From Azolla caroliniana (taxonomy: Eukaryota > Plantae > Polypodiophyta): 64,000 bases of DNA. The position numbers and the translations under genes were made by a program. The stretch spans positions 11,284,001 to 11,348,000 of the forward strand of contig JBHGNT010000014.1 of assembly GCA_043228905.1 (NCBI GenBank). Reading direction: 5' to 3'. Positions 37,490-50,255 of the stretch are shown here, piece by piece (positions within the stretch are counted from its first letter, which is position 1; the number at the start of each line of letters is the position of its first letter). Below the pieces are notes generated by a model. It ran no database searches, was not told the origin of the DNA, and worked only from the letters and a program-made list of their open reading frames with translations.

Positions 37490-37895
37490 TGTTAACTCTT
37501 AGGGCCGGACAATGGCCTAACACAGGGTGTCTACGGAAGACACTTCCCCAAAGGGTGTTACGGCAACCGGATCTGCCTCAACGCTTAATCCTACTTGATT
37601 AAGTTACTTATTATGATCGTCTTTCATAACACATGCGTAAGATATAACAATTAAGACAGAACGGCAATTAACATAGAGAGATAACAACGCTTAAGCTTTC
37701 ATTAATTAACCGCTAATGATTACATTGTATCCGGCCTTTAAATAGGTTTCCGGTCTGTTCGGGATCGGTCCGGATCCGGAACGGCATACCGTTTCCGGTC
37801 CGTCCGTCCACACTCATAGCTTAATTACAACCACATTCCTACTACTTAAATAACTCTCCGTTTCCCACTCTGGAATCCTTTGCCGGCCGGTAACA
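37490..37895 (-). repeat. 5' LTR of G1 (406 bp)
   Basis: Pairs with 5482-5915; followed by TSD CACAC. Confidence 0.95.
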
Positions 37896-38223
37896 CACAC
37901 GGCTCGCGGCCTGCTCCCACGCTAGGTAGTCGGCGCGTGTTGGGTTGGGTTGCATTTCGTGAGCTCCCTCAATGTAGCTCCAATAACCTTGTCCGACAAG
38001 GTACTGATGCATCTTTTACTCCAAAGATGCGAAGTTTGTTCTATCGAGCTTCTTGGTGAGAAGAGCGCTTCACATCTAGGTGTTCACTGTCGAACTTCTT
38101 CTACTCTTGAAGTGAGTTGTGCAGGAATCGTTGCTATTGCAATCAGTCGGTTCTCTGTGAGCTTGAGCACAACACACGTGAAGGCGATGGGCTTGGATCA
38201 AGCTACCACGCGCTTTGATACCA

Positions 38224-38544
38224 TGTCAAGAATCGAGAGTGATTCTATGTAGAGGAAGGATTGTGTGTGTGTGTGTGTGTGCATGAGACAAGAGAGAGAG
38301 AGAGAGAGGGGGGGGGGGGGAGAGGGGGAGAGGGAGGGAAGGAGGGAGGAAGAGGGAGAGAGCCCTCAAAACAAGAAATTGTATATTACGTTCAATAGTA
38401 ACTAGGTTACAAGAGGTTGGTTTAAATACCAACTGATCTAGGGCAAGTGCCCAAGTTTCTACTAATTACAAACATATCCTAGTACGATGTCCATTGACTA
38501 GTGTGAACACTCTCTCTAGGGGAAGTTGAGTTCAATTCTCAACA
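38224..38544 (-). repeat. 5' LTR of Copia C3
   Basis: TGTCAAG...CTCAACA; adjacent to PBS TGGTATCAAAGC; similar to the C1 LTR. Confidence 0.87.
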
Positions 38545-40501
38545 AGAATCAACAAAAGAGCCCAATGGTGTGAAGATCTTTCGATTGTCAGGGGTATGAA
38601 CTAGATCAGTTCTCAAGATGAAATGAAGACTTGCATCGAGGAGGATAGTGGGAGTCTGTCAACTATTTCCAAGGTACCTGAAACGGTGATGGACGATCTT
38701 ATCAAAGGTATATGAGATCTTTCATTACATGTTGCAAGGCTATAATAAGAAGAAAAATCCTTGTAGCCCCAAAAAGATTTTGAAAGAAGATGCATATGGT
38801 ATGATAGCGTTGACCATACAAGAGGAGGGTGTGATAACTATCAAGAAGCGATAGACAGAGGGGTGATATTCTTCAAAGATGGTAAAATTCATTCTTCTGA
38901 AGCTCGATTACCTCTCCGAACTAACTTTAGAAGAGGTGGTATGAGAAAGATCATGGAAGATGCAGAAACAACTAGGACGCAAGTTGTCTATCAACCAATA
39001 ACTACAGTCATCCATGTTGGTGGAGGATCCGAATCTGAATTTTGGTCGTGTATTTTGAAAGCTACAAGAAAGGGTAAAATTGAGTTTGAAAAGCTGAAGT
39101 CTGGAGGTGATGTTGTCAGAAGCAATACTAGTTGGGAAGATCCAGCGGATGGCCTCTCAGCTTTCACGAAGGTTGCAACAAACCAGGCCCATGAAGTGAT
39201 CATGGAAGAGAAATGGAAATGGGCGGAAAATGAAGATAACAAGAAGAGGGAGCTAAGAAGCACTAAAAAGAGGTCTGAGACGAAAAAACTGAAAATGGTA
39301 AGCCTTGACGTTGAAAAAGGTACAGATAAGAAAAGTCCCTCATTCAAATTATTGTCAGATATTGACGCTTCAACTTATTTGAAAAAAGTAATGGAAGAAA
39401 GAATTTTCGATAGCAAAGTGGAGCTTTCCTTGAGGGAGCTTTTGGGCATAGCTAAAAAAGAATTTCATGATGCACTAATAGATGGAATTAAAAGAAAATG
39501 GCAAAGTATTGAAGCCGTTGAAAACCTAGGAAATAAAGTAAAGAAATCAATGGTGGAAGTCATCAAAGGTGAACCAAGCTCTTCCATTGTTGGTTCACAA
39601 GCTATTGCGACGACAACTTTTGAAGAGAAGCTGAAAGAGCTAAAAAACTACTATGCTAAGAAACATTGGGCGAGAGCAACAACTAAAACACTTGTGAAGA
39701 TTGGAAACCTTGAAGATCTGGTCATGGTCGTAATCGACCACGGCTCTTCCATCTGAAGACGAAGGTGCTTGAAGATGGCTCGCCATATGCTAGGATTCGA
39801 AGTACCAATGGTAAAAGGAGTGTTCAATTTCTTACTGTTAGGCAGGAGAATGATAGAAATAAAGAAGTGTTAATAATTAGGTAATTAACTAGGGTTAATT
39901 AGTTACTAATTATGTGAGTAGTTAAACAACGGAAGATTATATGATTTGTGTGTGTATGTGTGTGAGAGGAAGAGAGAGAGGAAGATACACTTATGAACAA
40001 TAATGTAAATGGGGGATGATTAACAAGAGTCTAGCAAAGACCTTTCCTCTATATTAATTAACCATCATCAAATACAAAAATACCCACAATGAGGTATATA
40101 TATATATATCTCATGTGCAAAGGTGCACATGCATGAGTAGACTATAGGTACAAAAAGTATAAGTCCTATATTAAATGAACATGGGAGTGGAGGATCTACA
40201 ATGTATCACACTCAAGTACAAAATCCTATTTAAGGCTTTAAGGTTAACACACTAACTAGATTCTATCTAGGTAACTACTAAGTTACGTGTGTTAACTAAC
40301 TAACTAAATCTAGTTGAGCTTGATATCTCAACAAGAAGAATTACGAATTAACTCGTGCGGACATGATATGGCATCTTATGAGTCAAATTTTAAAGGAAGA
40401 TCAAAGTGTTAACTTCCTCAAAGAAGATGACATCCATGAAGTTGAAGAAGGAGATGTTCATTGGCGCATGTCGAAGGATATGCGGGTCTAGAGGGGGAGG
40501 A
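38545..40501 (+). mobile_element. Degraded, internally deleted DUF4100-type Gypsy G5 (gag-protease, then directly PPT); relative of G4
   Basis: ORF 38863..39756 aligns to G4 gag-PR (FKLLSDID...LSLRELLGIAKKEFHD; KHWARATT; IDHGS); 3' end GCGGGTCTAGAGGGGGAGGA-TGT matches the G4 PPT region; RT, RH and INT absent. Confidence 0.85.
39868..40333 (-). mobile_element. Solo LTR of the C2 Copia family
   Basis: TGTTAATAATTAG...TCTCAACA; TSD AGAAG at 39863-39867 and 40334-40338; matches 3497-3756. Confidence 0.92.
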
Positions 40502-41248
40502 TGTTGTGACGTTTTCGTGCCACGATGAGAAAATAACCGTTACCAAATTATACAAACTGATTCAAATCTTTGTAAATGGTTGTTTAGCTAAGCGATAGCT
40601 AATAAGTTAATAAGAATCACTCGTCATAGGATGATAATTTATTATGTGCAAATAACTAGTTGAATCTACGGAAAAACATAATATCTTAGAGCTAAATACA
40701 TGTTATCAACACATTTTTCTATTATCATTATTAGATATTTTAGCTATTAAAGCTAAAGACCTATTATCAACACACTTGTTATTATCACTGTCAGCTATTT
40801 TAGCTATTAAAGTTATTACCCACTTTTAAAGCTAAATACTTATTATCAACACACTTGTTATTATCAATATCAGCTATTTTAGCTATTAAAGCTATTACCC
40901 ACTTTTAAAGATAAATACTTACTCAAAGCACATTTTTATCAAGTATTTTAGCTATTACCCACTAAAGTAGGTGCCCCTTATGCATGGGTGACACTTGGCA
41001 CTCATACACCCACCTTCCTAATACGTGGGTAACAGTTGCCACTCATGAACCCACTTGTTCATGCATGGGTGACACTTGGCACTCATGCACCCACCTTCCT
41101 CATGTATAAAAAGGGGAAGAGTAATCTTATCAAAAGGGGAGGGGAATAACAGTAGACATGAAATACTACTGTAATGAGATAAATAAGTTATATTATTGTA
41201 AGAAAAGAGTAACAATAAATACTTTGTAATCATCTTGATATATCAACA
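40502..41248 (+). repeat. LTR-like sequence following the G5 PPT, with internal tandem repeats (may be a composite)
   Basis: Starts TGTTGTG; repeats of TTATCAACACACTTGTTATTATC...TAGCTATTAAAG at about 40700-40960; duplicated ATGCATGGGTGACACTTGGCACTCAT; TATAAAAAGGGG; ends TATCAACA. Confidence 0.5.
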
Positions 41249-41349
41249 CAAGCTATTTTCGTTTCTCCTCTTTCTTTGACAAGAAGCCCGATGCTTACTT
41301 CCCAGATTCGCAACTTTCTTTTCCGTTTGCTCACGTACACCATGATCAA

Positions 41350-41770
41350 CATCACAACGGGATACTTCTTCAAATTCTACAATGGAGCAATTTCATGGAA
41401 GTTGAAACTCCATGAGTGCAAGGCAACTTCAACCACCGAAGACGAATATGTAGCCACGTCCGATGCGGCAAAAGAGGCTCTATGGCTTGGTCGGCTAGCG
41501 TGTACATTTTGACAAGTCGATCTCAATTTGGCTCCAGTTCTCTATAGCGGCAGTCAAGGTGTTATCGTCTTATCGAAGAACCCTGTCCAACACAATGCCT
41601 CGAAGCACATCGACGTTTGATACCACTTCGTTTGGGACTGTCTAACCTCAAGTAAGCTTGGCCTCAAGAAGATTTCCACAGCCGAAAACATATCAAATGA
41701 GATGTCCAAGTGTCTCGCAGTTGACCGATTCTTGTCATTTCAGCACTAGATGGGCTTAAGGAAAAATTAG
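41350..41770 (+). pseudogene. Copia RNase H remnant related to C4
   Basis: TTGYFFKFYNGAISWKLKL...EYVATSDAAKEALWLGRL. Confidence 0.85.
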
Positions 41771-42904
41771 TCTAATCAAGTCGGGCAACAGAGATAACTT
41801 TGAACAATCAGTCTTGATAACCGATCCGGCTTCTCTCAAACCAACCGATTTAGCCAAACCTTAATCACTTCTTTTCTTGTATGTGTTGGGTGACTCCTTT
41901 AATTAATAGAGGTGTTGTGTTGTAAGTGCCATTACAAGTAATCTAAATTGCTTTTACATGTGAATGTACTTAACAGTTAGGCCCTTGTGAGATATAAGTT
42001 AACTGCTTAATTTAGGATATTCTTAATGAGGTGAGTGTGAGAGTTCTTGAGGCTAGGGCCCAACGATGATAGCGATATGAGGACGATTGATGAGCATCCT
42101 CGCTTGGTTCACTACCATCAGCTTGAATCTCGTTGAAACATTCATTCCACTTTCAAATGTTTTTCCTTCAATTCTTCGGAATTCAAGATTTCCTTATACT
42201 CCTCCATTGTAAGAATTGCATTGTTTTTAGTTTGCATATATTGATCAGCATATCCATTATATGTCTATAAGAAATGTGACCAAGAATGGGACAAAATCTA
42301 ACACTTGACCATCATCATTGATTTTGAGATCTATATTTTCGAGACAAAGGACACGTCTATTATATAGTCATCCAAGTGCCTTTTAATGTGGTGGAACTTT
42401 CCTTCTTCATGCAAATATCGAAGAATATAAGATTGGTTTCTATTTCTTTCAAATAGAGAGTTGGTGTAGGAAGTGGTGTGGTCATGTACAAGAGCTTTCC
42501 AGCTTCAATTGACCGTAGCCTGATTGTCACGTCCTCGTGTAGGACGTCTGTCCTCCAGAAAACATCAATCTCTCGCAAAGCACAACAATGAGTGGTGTAT
42601 TATACGTAAAAAAAACACACACACACATGCATGGGGGTTTTTTCCAATACGCATCGAACATGAGGCAAGCAGAGGAACCATGAATGTACATATGTGTATG
42701 TGTGTGTGTGTGTGTATATATACATAAGACACATAATCCTTTTCTCTAAGTTGGGAATGGCTTAATCCTGAAAAGAAGTAGCAATAGTAGTGTTAAATTT
42801 TGATGTTAAAAAGAGGAGGAGTTATTATTGTGTGTGAACCGTATTCCTTCAGAAAATAGAACGTCTACATCCACAGTGGCGCCTGCGTGGCGTGTGTTAG
42901 TGTA

Positions 42905-42978
42905 ACACGTGGCGGCATCTCAACGTAGCGTTGATGTAAAGCTAATTCGTATGGACGGTCGATATGCTGCCACGTGTC
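42905..42978. promoter_or_regulatory. G-box/ABRE-like motifs upstream of Ran
   Basis: ACACGTGGC (42905-42913) and GCCACGTGTC (42969-42978). Confidence 0.45.
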
Positions 42979-43204
42979 CGCAGAAGAGGGGAGGGGAGCG
43001 GAAGGGGCGTTCCTCAAAAACCTCCTCGAATGAAATGGATGAATCCCACACGTCTCCATTGCGATTGCGACTGCAGAAGAGAAGCAGCAGCAGCCATAGC
43101 CATAGCCATAGCCATCGCCATCGCCATCGCCATCCCATCACTTCGTTAAGCCACGATAAACAATACAATCCAATCCAACACAACACATACAGAAGGCCAG
43201 TAAT

Positions 43205-45592
43205 ATGGTAAGCAAATCCTCCTCCTCCTTGATTCTGTTTCTGCTTCATCATCATCGCGATCCTCTTCTTTTTCTGAATCTTTATTGTGCTATTGCTTCA
43301 TCGTCGTTGCCTTCTTCAAATTCCTCTTCTTCCTCATCATCTTTCCTGTGCTTCTGCTTCATCTTTCGGGCTCCTCTTCTTGATCTTCTTCTCACTCAAT
43401 GCCCTTTCTTTGGCTTAATGCATGAATATGTCGATCAACGATCAACGAATTAGTTACGTATCATCTTAAGGTAGCTGAAACTATTAACAAATCCAGTATG
43501 TTGCTTGGATTTATATTGACCGTCAAATTTTGTGTTATGGTCGACATGATGATCATGATGCTTTTTCATATGCAACATCTGTTCACGTTATAAACTTGCC
43601 TGCGTATAAGTGCTATAATGCATGACCCTATTTTACATGATGGACAACAATATTAGGGTTGTTCATGTATTCTAGATTGAATGTGTTGGCTTTGATACCA
43701 TTAAATATTTAGTTCTCTAGTTATTTAATGTCGAAATAATGATTAAGACTATTAAATGAAATCTTATGCCTTCATACGTAGGCTCTTGCAGGTCAGCAAG
43801 CGGATTGCCCTAGCTTTAAACTTGTCATTGTTGGAGATGGAGGGACAGGTATAATATAATATTATTGTTTGAGTCAGTATGGTATTTACTCTTCCTTCAT
43901 GTGTTTATATCTCACTATATATACATATATCATATCAATATGTATGTCTGTGTGTGCATAATCATCTGCATGTGCGTGTATACAATGTTCCACATGAAAT
44001 GAATTCTGGCAGTGACTGTTTTTGCCAACTTTGTATATGTGAAATTAACTCTCCTTACTGATGCTTATTACAGGCAAAACTACCTTTGTGAAGCGTCACT
44101 TGACTGGTGAATTTGAGAAGAAATATGAGCGTAAGCTTAAATTACTTTGTTTGTCTGAACGCATATCACATGTTGGTTCTGTTAATGGTTATAAGTAAAA
44201 CTTGGCAAAGCTTCTTTTTTGCGCAGCTACCATTGGTGTAGAAGTGCATCCTCTAGATTTCTTCACAAATTGTGGAAAGATCCGGTACTATTGCTGGGAT
44301 ACGGCTGGCCAAGAGAAGTTTGGAGGTCTTCGTGATGGATACTAGTAAGTATATCTCATTTCCCCTCTTAATTTTTTCTTAATGTTATGCTGCTGTTGTC
44401 AGATAGGTATGTCAAACATACTTTGCTATGCCTGTGTCAGATACATGCGTTATGCTAGTGTAAGGATACTTATGGCTTAAGAGTCCATTTCTTCGTTGAT
44501 CTTCAATCCTTACTATTATTCTAGTATCAGATATATGGATAATATGGTGTGAATTCTTGCAACATGTATTCTCCTTAATACACTATGCTAGTGAAAGATA
44601 AATATCTATTGTTTTATTATTTCTGTTTAAATGATTTAAATGTGATTTATTGTAGTATTCATGGACAATGCGCTATTATCATGTTTGATGTAACTTCTCG
44701 GTTGACATACAAAAATGTACCAACATGGCACAGAGATCTTTGCCGGTAAGATAATGGTTTTCATGGTATATCAGCAATTCTTAATGTTCCAAATATCTGA
44801 AAGTAAATTGGCCTTTATTTCAGATGTTTTTCGTCAAATATTATTTAGAGAGTTTGAAATTCGTTTTAAGTTTCATTTTTTTTCCTCAGGGTCTGTGAGA
44901 ATATTCCTATCGTTTTGTGTGGGAATAAGGTTGATGTCAAGAACAGACAGGTGAAAGCAAAGCAAGTTACTTTCCATAGGAAGAAGAATCTCCAGTACTA
45001 TGAAATCTCAGCCAAAAGCAACTATAATTTTGAGAAACCATTTCTTTATCTTGCCAGGAAGTTGTCTGGGTAAGCTTATAAATTAGGAATAGTAGCCTAA
45101 TGCATCAATCAACCTAGTGACTGAAATTTGACAAACTAGTTAATTCTATTATATGTCAATGTTCTTGAAAAATAACAAATTAATTCATGTCATATTGTTG
45201 TGGTGGTGACTGAAATTAGAAATATTGACCTTGGATTTTTCTCAGAGATCCAAATCTTCATTTTGTGGAATCACCTGCCCTTGCTCCTCCCGAGGTCCAA
45301 ATCGACTTAGCTACACAGGCACAGTAAGTTCTTGGATGCTTCTCAATGGTTTAAGATATTGTTCTTGGACATTGAGATTCTGTTGAGAAATGCTTAAAGA
45401 TTGTTGTACTAAATCAACAGTATGTTAACTGATTGCAACTATGTCAAGATATTGCAATACCAGTCAAGTTGCGATCATGTCAAATGTATAGTTCTAAGTC
45501 GAAGACGATGATGTTATTTCAGGCATGAAGCTGAACTGAGGCAAGCTGCAGAACAACCTTTGCCAGATGATGATGATGCAGATTTTGATTAG
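43205..45592 (+). CDS. RAN: Ran small GTPase, 220 aa; coding exons 43205-43207, 43782-43848, 44074-44130, 44227-44344, 44656-44745, 44890-45069, 45246-45323, 45523-45592
   Basis: All introns GT-AG; spliced frame (663 nt) reads [27 protein letters not shown]...[17 protein letters not shown]...GNKVD...EISAKSNYN...PDDDDADFD*. Confidence 0.97.
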
Positions 45593-47541
45593 TTAAAAAC
45601 GCATTGTATCACAACAATTCTTACACACTAATTATTTGCTTAAGCTGTGACTTAAGAAAAGCACTGATATAGGTTAGGAGGGCCAAACGCCATCCTGGTG
45701 ACTTCACTGTTATTTATATTTTCTTCACCTCAGTGTGATGTTATATTTGATGAAACAGAAGATATATTCAGCTCACTAAATCTACGAATCAACACATAGT
45801 GTTGACAATTAATTCATGCTGGGTCAGTTTGTTTTAAGGTTGTGTTTTCATTATTCATTATGAATCGACACAGAATTAAGCATGAAACCGTACAGAACAT
45901 TGAAAACATTTGCACTGGACTGTGATGAAGATAATCAGGTACACCGAACCACACCCTCTTAAGACAAATACAATATAGAATATTAGGGTATGTATGAATG
46001 ATACCATGAAAATCTAAAGACATAGAACCAACTACATAAAGACTGGTTTTTTCTTCTTTGATGTGTGGTTTTCTGAAGTGGTATTACTCCCTTCCGGAAG
46101 TAAGTTTTCATTAGTGATGAGATTATCACAATTTTGTGAAAATTGTGTTTCCAGATCAGATCATTAAACAGAGATTGTCTTCTATCAGCAGACATTTTTC
46201 TTCTGTCTAAGACATATACATCGCATTCAGTGCTAGTATTTGGTTCATTAATGCAAAGCATCATGTGTCTTTGATATATTTAGATCATTTAAGACCATCC
46301 ATCTGCAAAGCAGATAATTCATTTACCCTTGGAAAAAATATAAAGTATTTTATAACTTGTTTAAGATTCATCTGCCTGGTACATAAACCCTAAACCGTTC
46401 CAAAAATTTCAAATGATTTTTTTGAGCTTCTTTGGAGTTTAATCTAGTTTACTTAAAACATTTAAGCTTAAGCTGCACAATCAAAGTCATTGAATAAATG
46501 AAACAATCAGCTGCATGGGTAATTCTGTATGAATCATAAAAAGGAGACAATACCGCCAAGTTCTCCATAGACCTTAGCTACAGTAACAAAGGCTGAATGT
46601 GTGTGCTTGCTATCAATCATCTCTTCTATATGGAGTCACAATCATTGTAACAATTCTCCTCATCTAAACCCTCTGAACTTGTAATTTCATACAACTCATA
46701 CAAACCCTCGATAAATGACTCTTACATATATTACAAACCCTTGCATCAACCCTTCTGAAGATCTACAAAAGACCTTATTCGTGTGATTTCAAAATCTCTA
46801 GTTCCTAACCTCTACAACATTAGATAAGTCCATTTATAATTTTCTTAAATAGTTAACAAAGCTTCATGAAATGCCTTACATACAATAGCGCTATTTGGTC
46901 ACAAAAGATCTAGACAATTAACTTTCATAACAAACCTGAAATGAGAAGATACAAAGATAGGGAAGAAATTAAAGCAACCAAGTAGGAGTGTAGCATCATA
47001 CATACTATTATAGTGCAGAGTATGACAGCAGCAAGCATGGCCAAATTTATATGCGTGAAATCGGAGAGCATACATATGTGATATTATGAAGTCACCTTTA
47101 ACCATGCAAAACCACAAGCGAGACACAAGAGAGAAGGATTTAAATTTACGCCATTACATAGGAGAACTACAAAACCATTAGAAGCCATGTCAAATCAATA
47201 ATGAGAAGTCAGAACTACCATAAAACCCTGTGAGACGCTAGAAAATGAGTTTTAAAATGAACTACTGATCATCTTAAGATACATATATCAAATCATTAAT
47301 TATATCACAAATTTCCAAATCACCAACTAAAACCAAGAAATTATCTAAGTAAAATATCATAATGATAGGCCTAAAAGTAATTTAAAACCAGGCCACATGA
47401 CAGGATGGAACCTCCAATTTTTACTTCAAATTTATGGCAAATAAGCAATGAGAAACTACATGAATAATCCTCAATTACGCCAGAACACTAATAGGAAGCT
47501 AGATATCAAATTAAGGGAGCAACAGATATCTAATGAGGGAA

Positions 47542-47690
47542 TAGATATCTTCCTCAACAATGCAGCAGTAAAAAATCTCTGATGAAATACTAGATATCAT
47601 CCTCAACCATGCCACAGTAAGAAATCTCAAAGAAAAGACTAGACATTTTCAACCATACCACAGCAAGAAAACCTTCCCAAAAGACTAAAT
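47542..47690. repeat. Degenerate ~49-bp tandem repeat (3 copies)
   Basis: TAGATATC.TCCTCAAC.ATGC..CAGTAA units. Confidence 0.6.
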
Positions 47691-48201
47691 AACAACTCCG
47701 ATTGAACCACGCCGATAAAAAGATATAAAAATAAGCTTTAAATTGTCCAAATTATTTCAGAGAATAATGGATCATCTTAAAACTGCGCCAAATACTACTC
47801 GTTCACAAGAAATATCCTGACATTATCAAGAGAGAAAAATAGAGAGGAAAGAAACCATGTCCAATAAAGCATCTCGGTTAACAAAACATGTAAAAGTATC
47901 TTTACAATATGACAAAGGAAAAACGTTCAATTTCCCTTCGGATTTGGATAAGACACAAATTTAAAGAAAGGAACAAGAAAGACAACCCGAAAGGAAAGGA
48001 TGCACAAGAAAATAGACATAATCGGATCTAAATGTAACTCGTATCACCTCCATTAAGCCATTAAGTAGGATCATACAAGAGAGAGAGAGGGAGAGAGAGA
48101 CGAGGAGGAAGAGGAAGAGGAAGAAGAAGAAGAAAGACGACAGAATAATTAGAAACACTATATAAATTGTACATAAATGTAAAAATCCTCTCTTAGTAGA
48201 A

Positions 48202-48549
48202 CTAAACCCTCATAAGAAAGCCAGGGGGGGGCTGAGATGGAGCACCTAAGACAGTGGTCTGGTGGCCTTCAAGCTCAACGAGCTGAGCTTCTCTGTCTAA
48301 TTCGATTATTAGGGGGACAGCGAGAACAAGAAGTGAGGTTCCAATGTACCAGAAGGCGTTCCTTGTCCTCCGAAATACCTCAGAGGCGGCTTTCTTCGAT
48401 CGTATCACCACAGGAGATTGAAACAGAGATTCATTCAGTCGGGAGAGGAGACTCTCGCTACCTCCTCCTCCTCCTCCTCCTGATCCTGTCTTCGCAGCCT
48501 CGATTCGCCTCCTGTTGCTGTTGCTGTTGCTGCCTCCTCTCTGAGCCAT
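48202..48549 (-). CDS. TOM22: Mitochondrial outer-membrane import receptor TOM9/TOM22 homolog (3' end may be spliced)
   Basis: MAQRGG...RRTRNAFWYIGTSLLVLAVPLIIELDREAQLVELEGHQTTVLGAP resembles plant TOM9 (TM segment followed by PLIIE.DREAQ). Confidence 0.85.
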   Translation of the reverse strand: MAQRGGSNSNSNRRRIEAAKTGSGGGGGGGSESLLSRLNESLFQSPVVIRSKKAASEVFRRTRNAFWYIGTSLLVLAVPLIIELDREAQLVELEGHQTTVLGAPSQPPPGFLMRV

Positions 48550-48660
48550 TGATCCAATTACAGCGGCCTCTCGCTCCACGCTGCTGTTTCTGTCTGTCTG
48601 TCTGTCCCTCTGAGTCTTCCTGACACACACGCACAGAAAGAATCCTCCCAACTCGCAGTG

Positions 48661-48696
48661 ATTTATATAGTCTGAGGCTTGAGCCTAAAACCCTAA
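48661..48696 (-). promoter_or_regulatory. TATA box and telo-box upstream of TOM22
   Basis: Minus-strand CTATATAAAT at 48661-48670; AAACCCTAA at 48688-48696. Confidence 0.55.
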
Positions 48697-50210
48697 TAAA
48701 TAAATAAACCCTCGAAGCTTTCCAAATTCGCCTGCATACCCCCCCACCCACCCACCCACCCTCTCTGATACATTTCAATATTTACCAAAATACCCTCTTC
48801 CTTCTCTTCGTGGATATGTATTTTACTAGGCTCTTCAGATCATTCAGAGAAGAATCCCTTCATTATCTCTCTATCCTAGTTCTCTGCCTTGAGAATCCCC
48901 TTCATTACCACGTTATACATCCTCCTTTATATGAAGTCTTGAGTTCTTGCCATTTCTAATCATATCATCCAAGGTTGTCGTTTAGGCACCACAATCCTCA
49001 AACCTTCATGATCATGGATCTCCTCTCTATTATCAACTTGTGACCCACTGGCAACCCCTCTCCATCGATGATTTGGTCATCAACATATGTACTATAATGT
49101 CCATAAGGGGGGGGGTACCAAAGCAAGCATGTGCATCCACAACATTGTCCTATGTGTGCAGTTTAGGAACATAATTTTGATTCTTCTCGACATAGTCTTG
49201 TTTGAAGTGATGTCACACCTCAATGTACTTCGGCTTTATGCGAGGAAGACCAAATTGCACACTAGTTTGATCACACCTTTAAGTATCACTATATAGATTC
49301 GATATTTAGCCGGTCACTCCCACATCAACTACTATACATGTGAAGGTCAAGCTACCTTTCAATATTTAGTTGGTCTAGGAGACTTAGGTGTTGAGCTATA
49401 TAACAGGGAATAGCTAGCCCTTCATTACAATGCTATCTTAATATGATAAATATAAAATACCAATGGTGCCCCATACCATTGAATATTATCTAATGTTATA
49501 CCTTGGTTGTTACAAGATGGATCAAAATAAGAGAACTTAACATCACTAACAGAGTTTCCACGAGGTCTCAAGATGTCATGATTAAGTGGTATACTTCTTG
49601 AATTTGGATGATGTAGCAAAAACTTAGATTGACATTGAAGTATGTTAAACTAGGCTTTCCACATTAACCCTAGCTAAAACTTGGAATGCTAGACAAAACT
49701 CGCACAAAGGTGAAGGGTAAGCCACTATTTGAGTGACCCTTACAATATGGAGTAGCACTAACCCCTGCAAATTAAACTAATTCTAGAAAGAAAAATACAC
49801 TTATTAATGGTGTGGCTCCCAATGCAACGCGAAACATGTGTGGCTCTGTGTTTCCCTCAATCAAATTTTTTTTATACTTAAAAAGGACACATCTCACTTT
49901 TCTTTCTTTTTGGTTTGTTTGGAGCATATAAGATATTGTCCCAGGAGCATGCCAAGTGTTGGTTATCTTACGAGTTATTCTAAAATAAACAAGTACATGA
50001 TCTGGCATCTATAAATATTAAGCGGGCTTTAATGCCTTATTAAGAATAGGATAATTTACTGGATATTTGAATAGGTTAAGTCAATCATCTCAAAGGAGTT
50101 AAAGGGTCAAATCACAATGAATGAAGTATAACTAGATAAAATAATGGTTGGATCTATGATCTCATTCTACCACCCACATCTAAGAAAAGCAAGAGCAATT
50201 CAACGGTGAC

Positions 50211-50253
<43 letters not shown>
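50211..50253. repeat. (GA)n microsatellite
   Basis: About 20 GA units. Confidence 0.9.

Positions 50254-50255
<2 letters not shown>

Larger units (their letters stand above)
5482..37895 (-). mobile_element. Ty3/Gypsy Athila-like element G1, complete with both LTRs and carrying nested insertions
   Basis: LTRs 5482-5915 and 37490-37895 (TGTTAAC...GGTAACA); 5-bp TSD CACAC at 5477-5481 and 37896-37900; PBS at 37473-37482; Athila-type motifs YSFLDGFSGYNQI and GKLRFRWTGP. Confidence 0.92.
3757..38544 (-). mobile_element. Ty1/Copia element C3, split by G1 (pieces 3757-5481 and 37896-38544)
   Basis: INT fragment (YYVTFIDDFSR...LRSDGGKEY) 3859..4167; PR fragment 4383..4643; gag 5192..5416, continuing after the CACAC TSD at 37896; PBS 38212-38223; 5' LTR 38224-38544. 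Confidence 0.88.

Noticed and set aside
42060-42580. Possible decayed coding sequence (ORF 42360..42578)
   Set aside because: No motif I can recognise; cannot be assigned without a database search.
43205-43207. ATG-only first coding exon of Ran as a novelty
   Set aside because: Start-codon-only coding exons are a known feature of plant genes; not considered unusual.
43689-43700. PBS-like GCTTTGATACCA in Ran intron 1
   Set aside because: No accompanying LTR, TSD or coding remnant could be identified.
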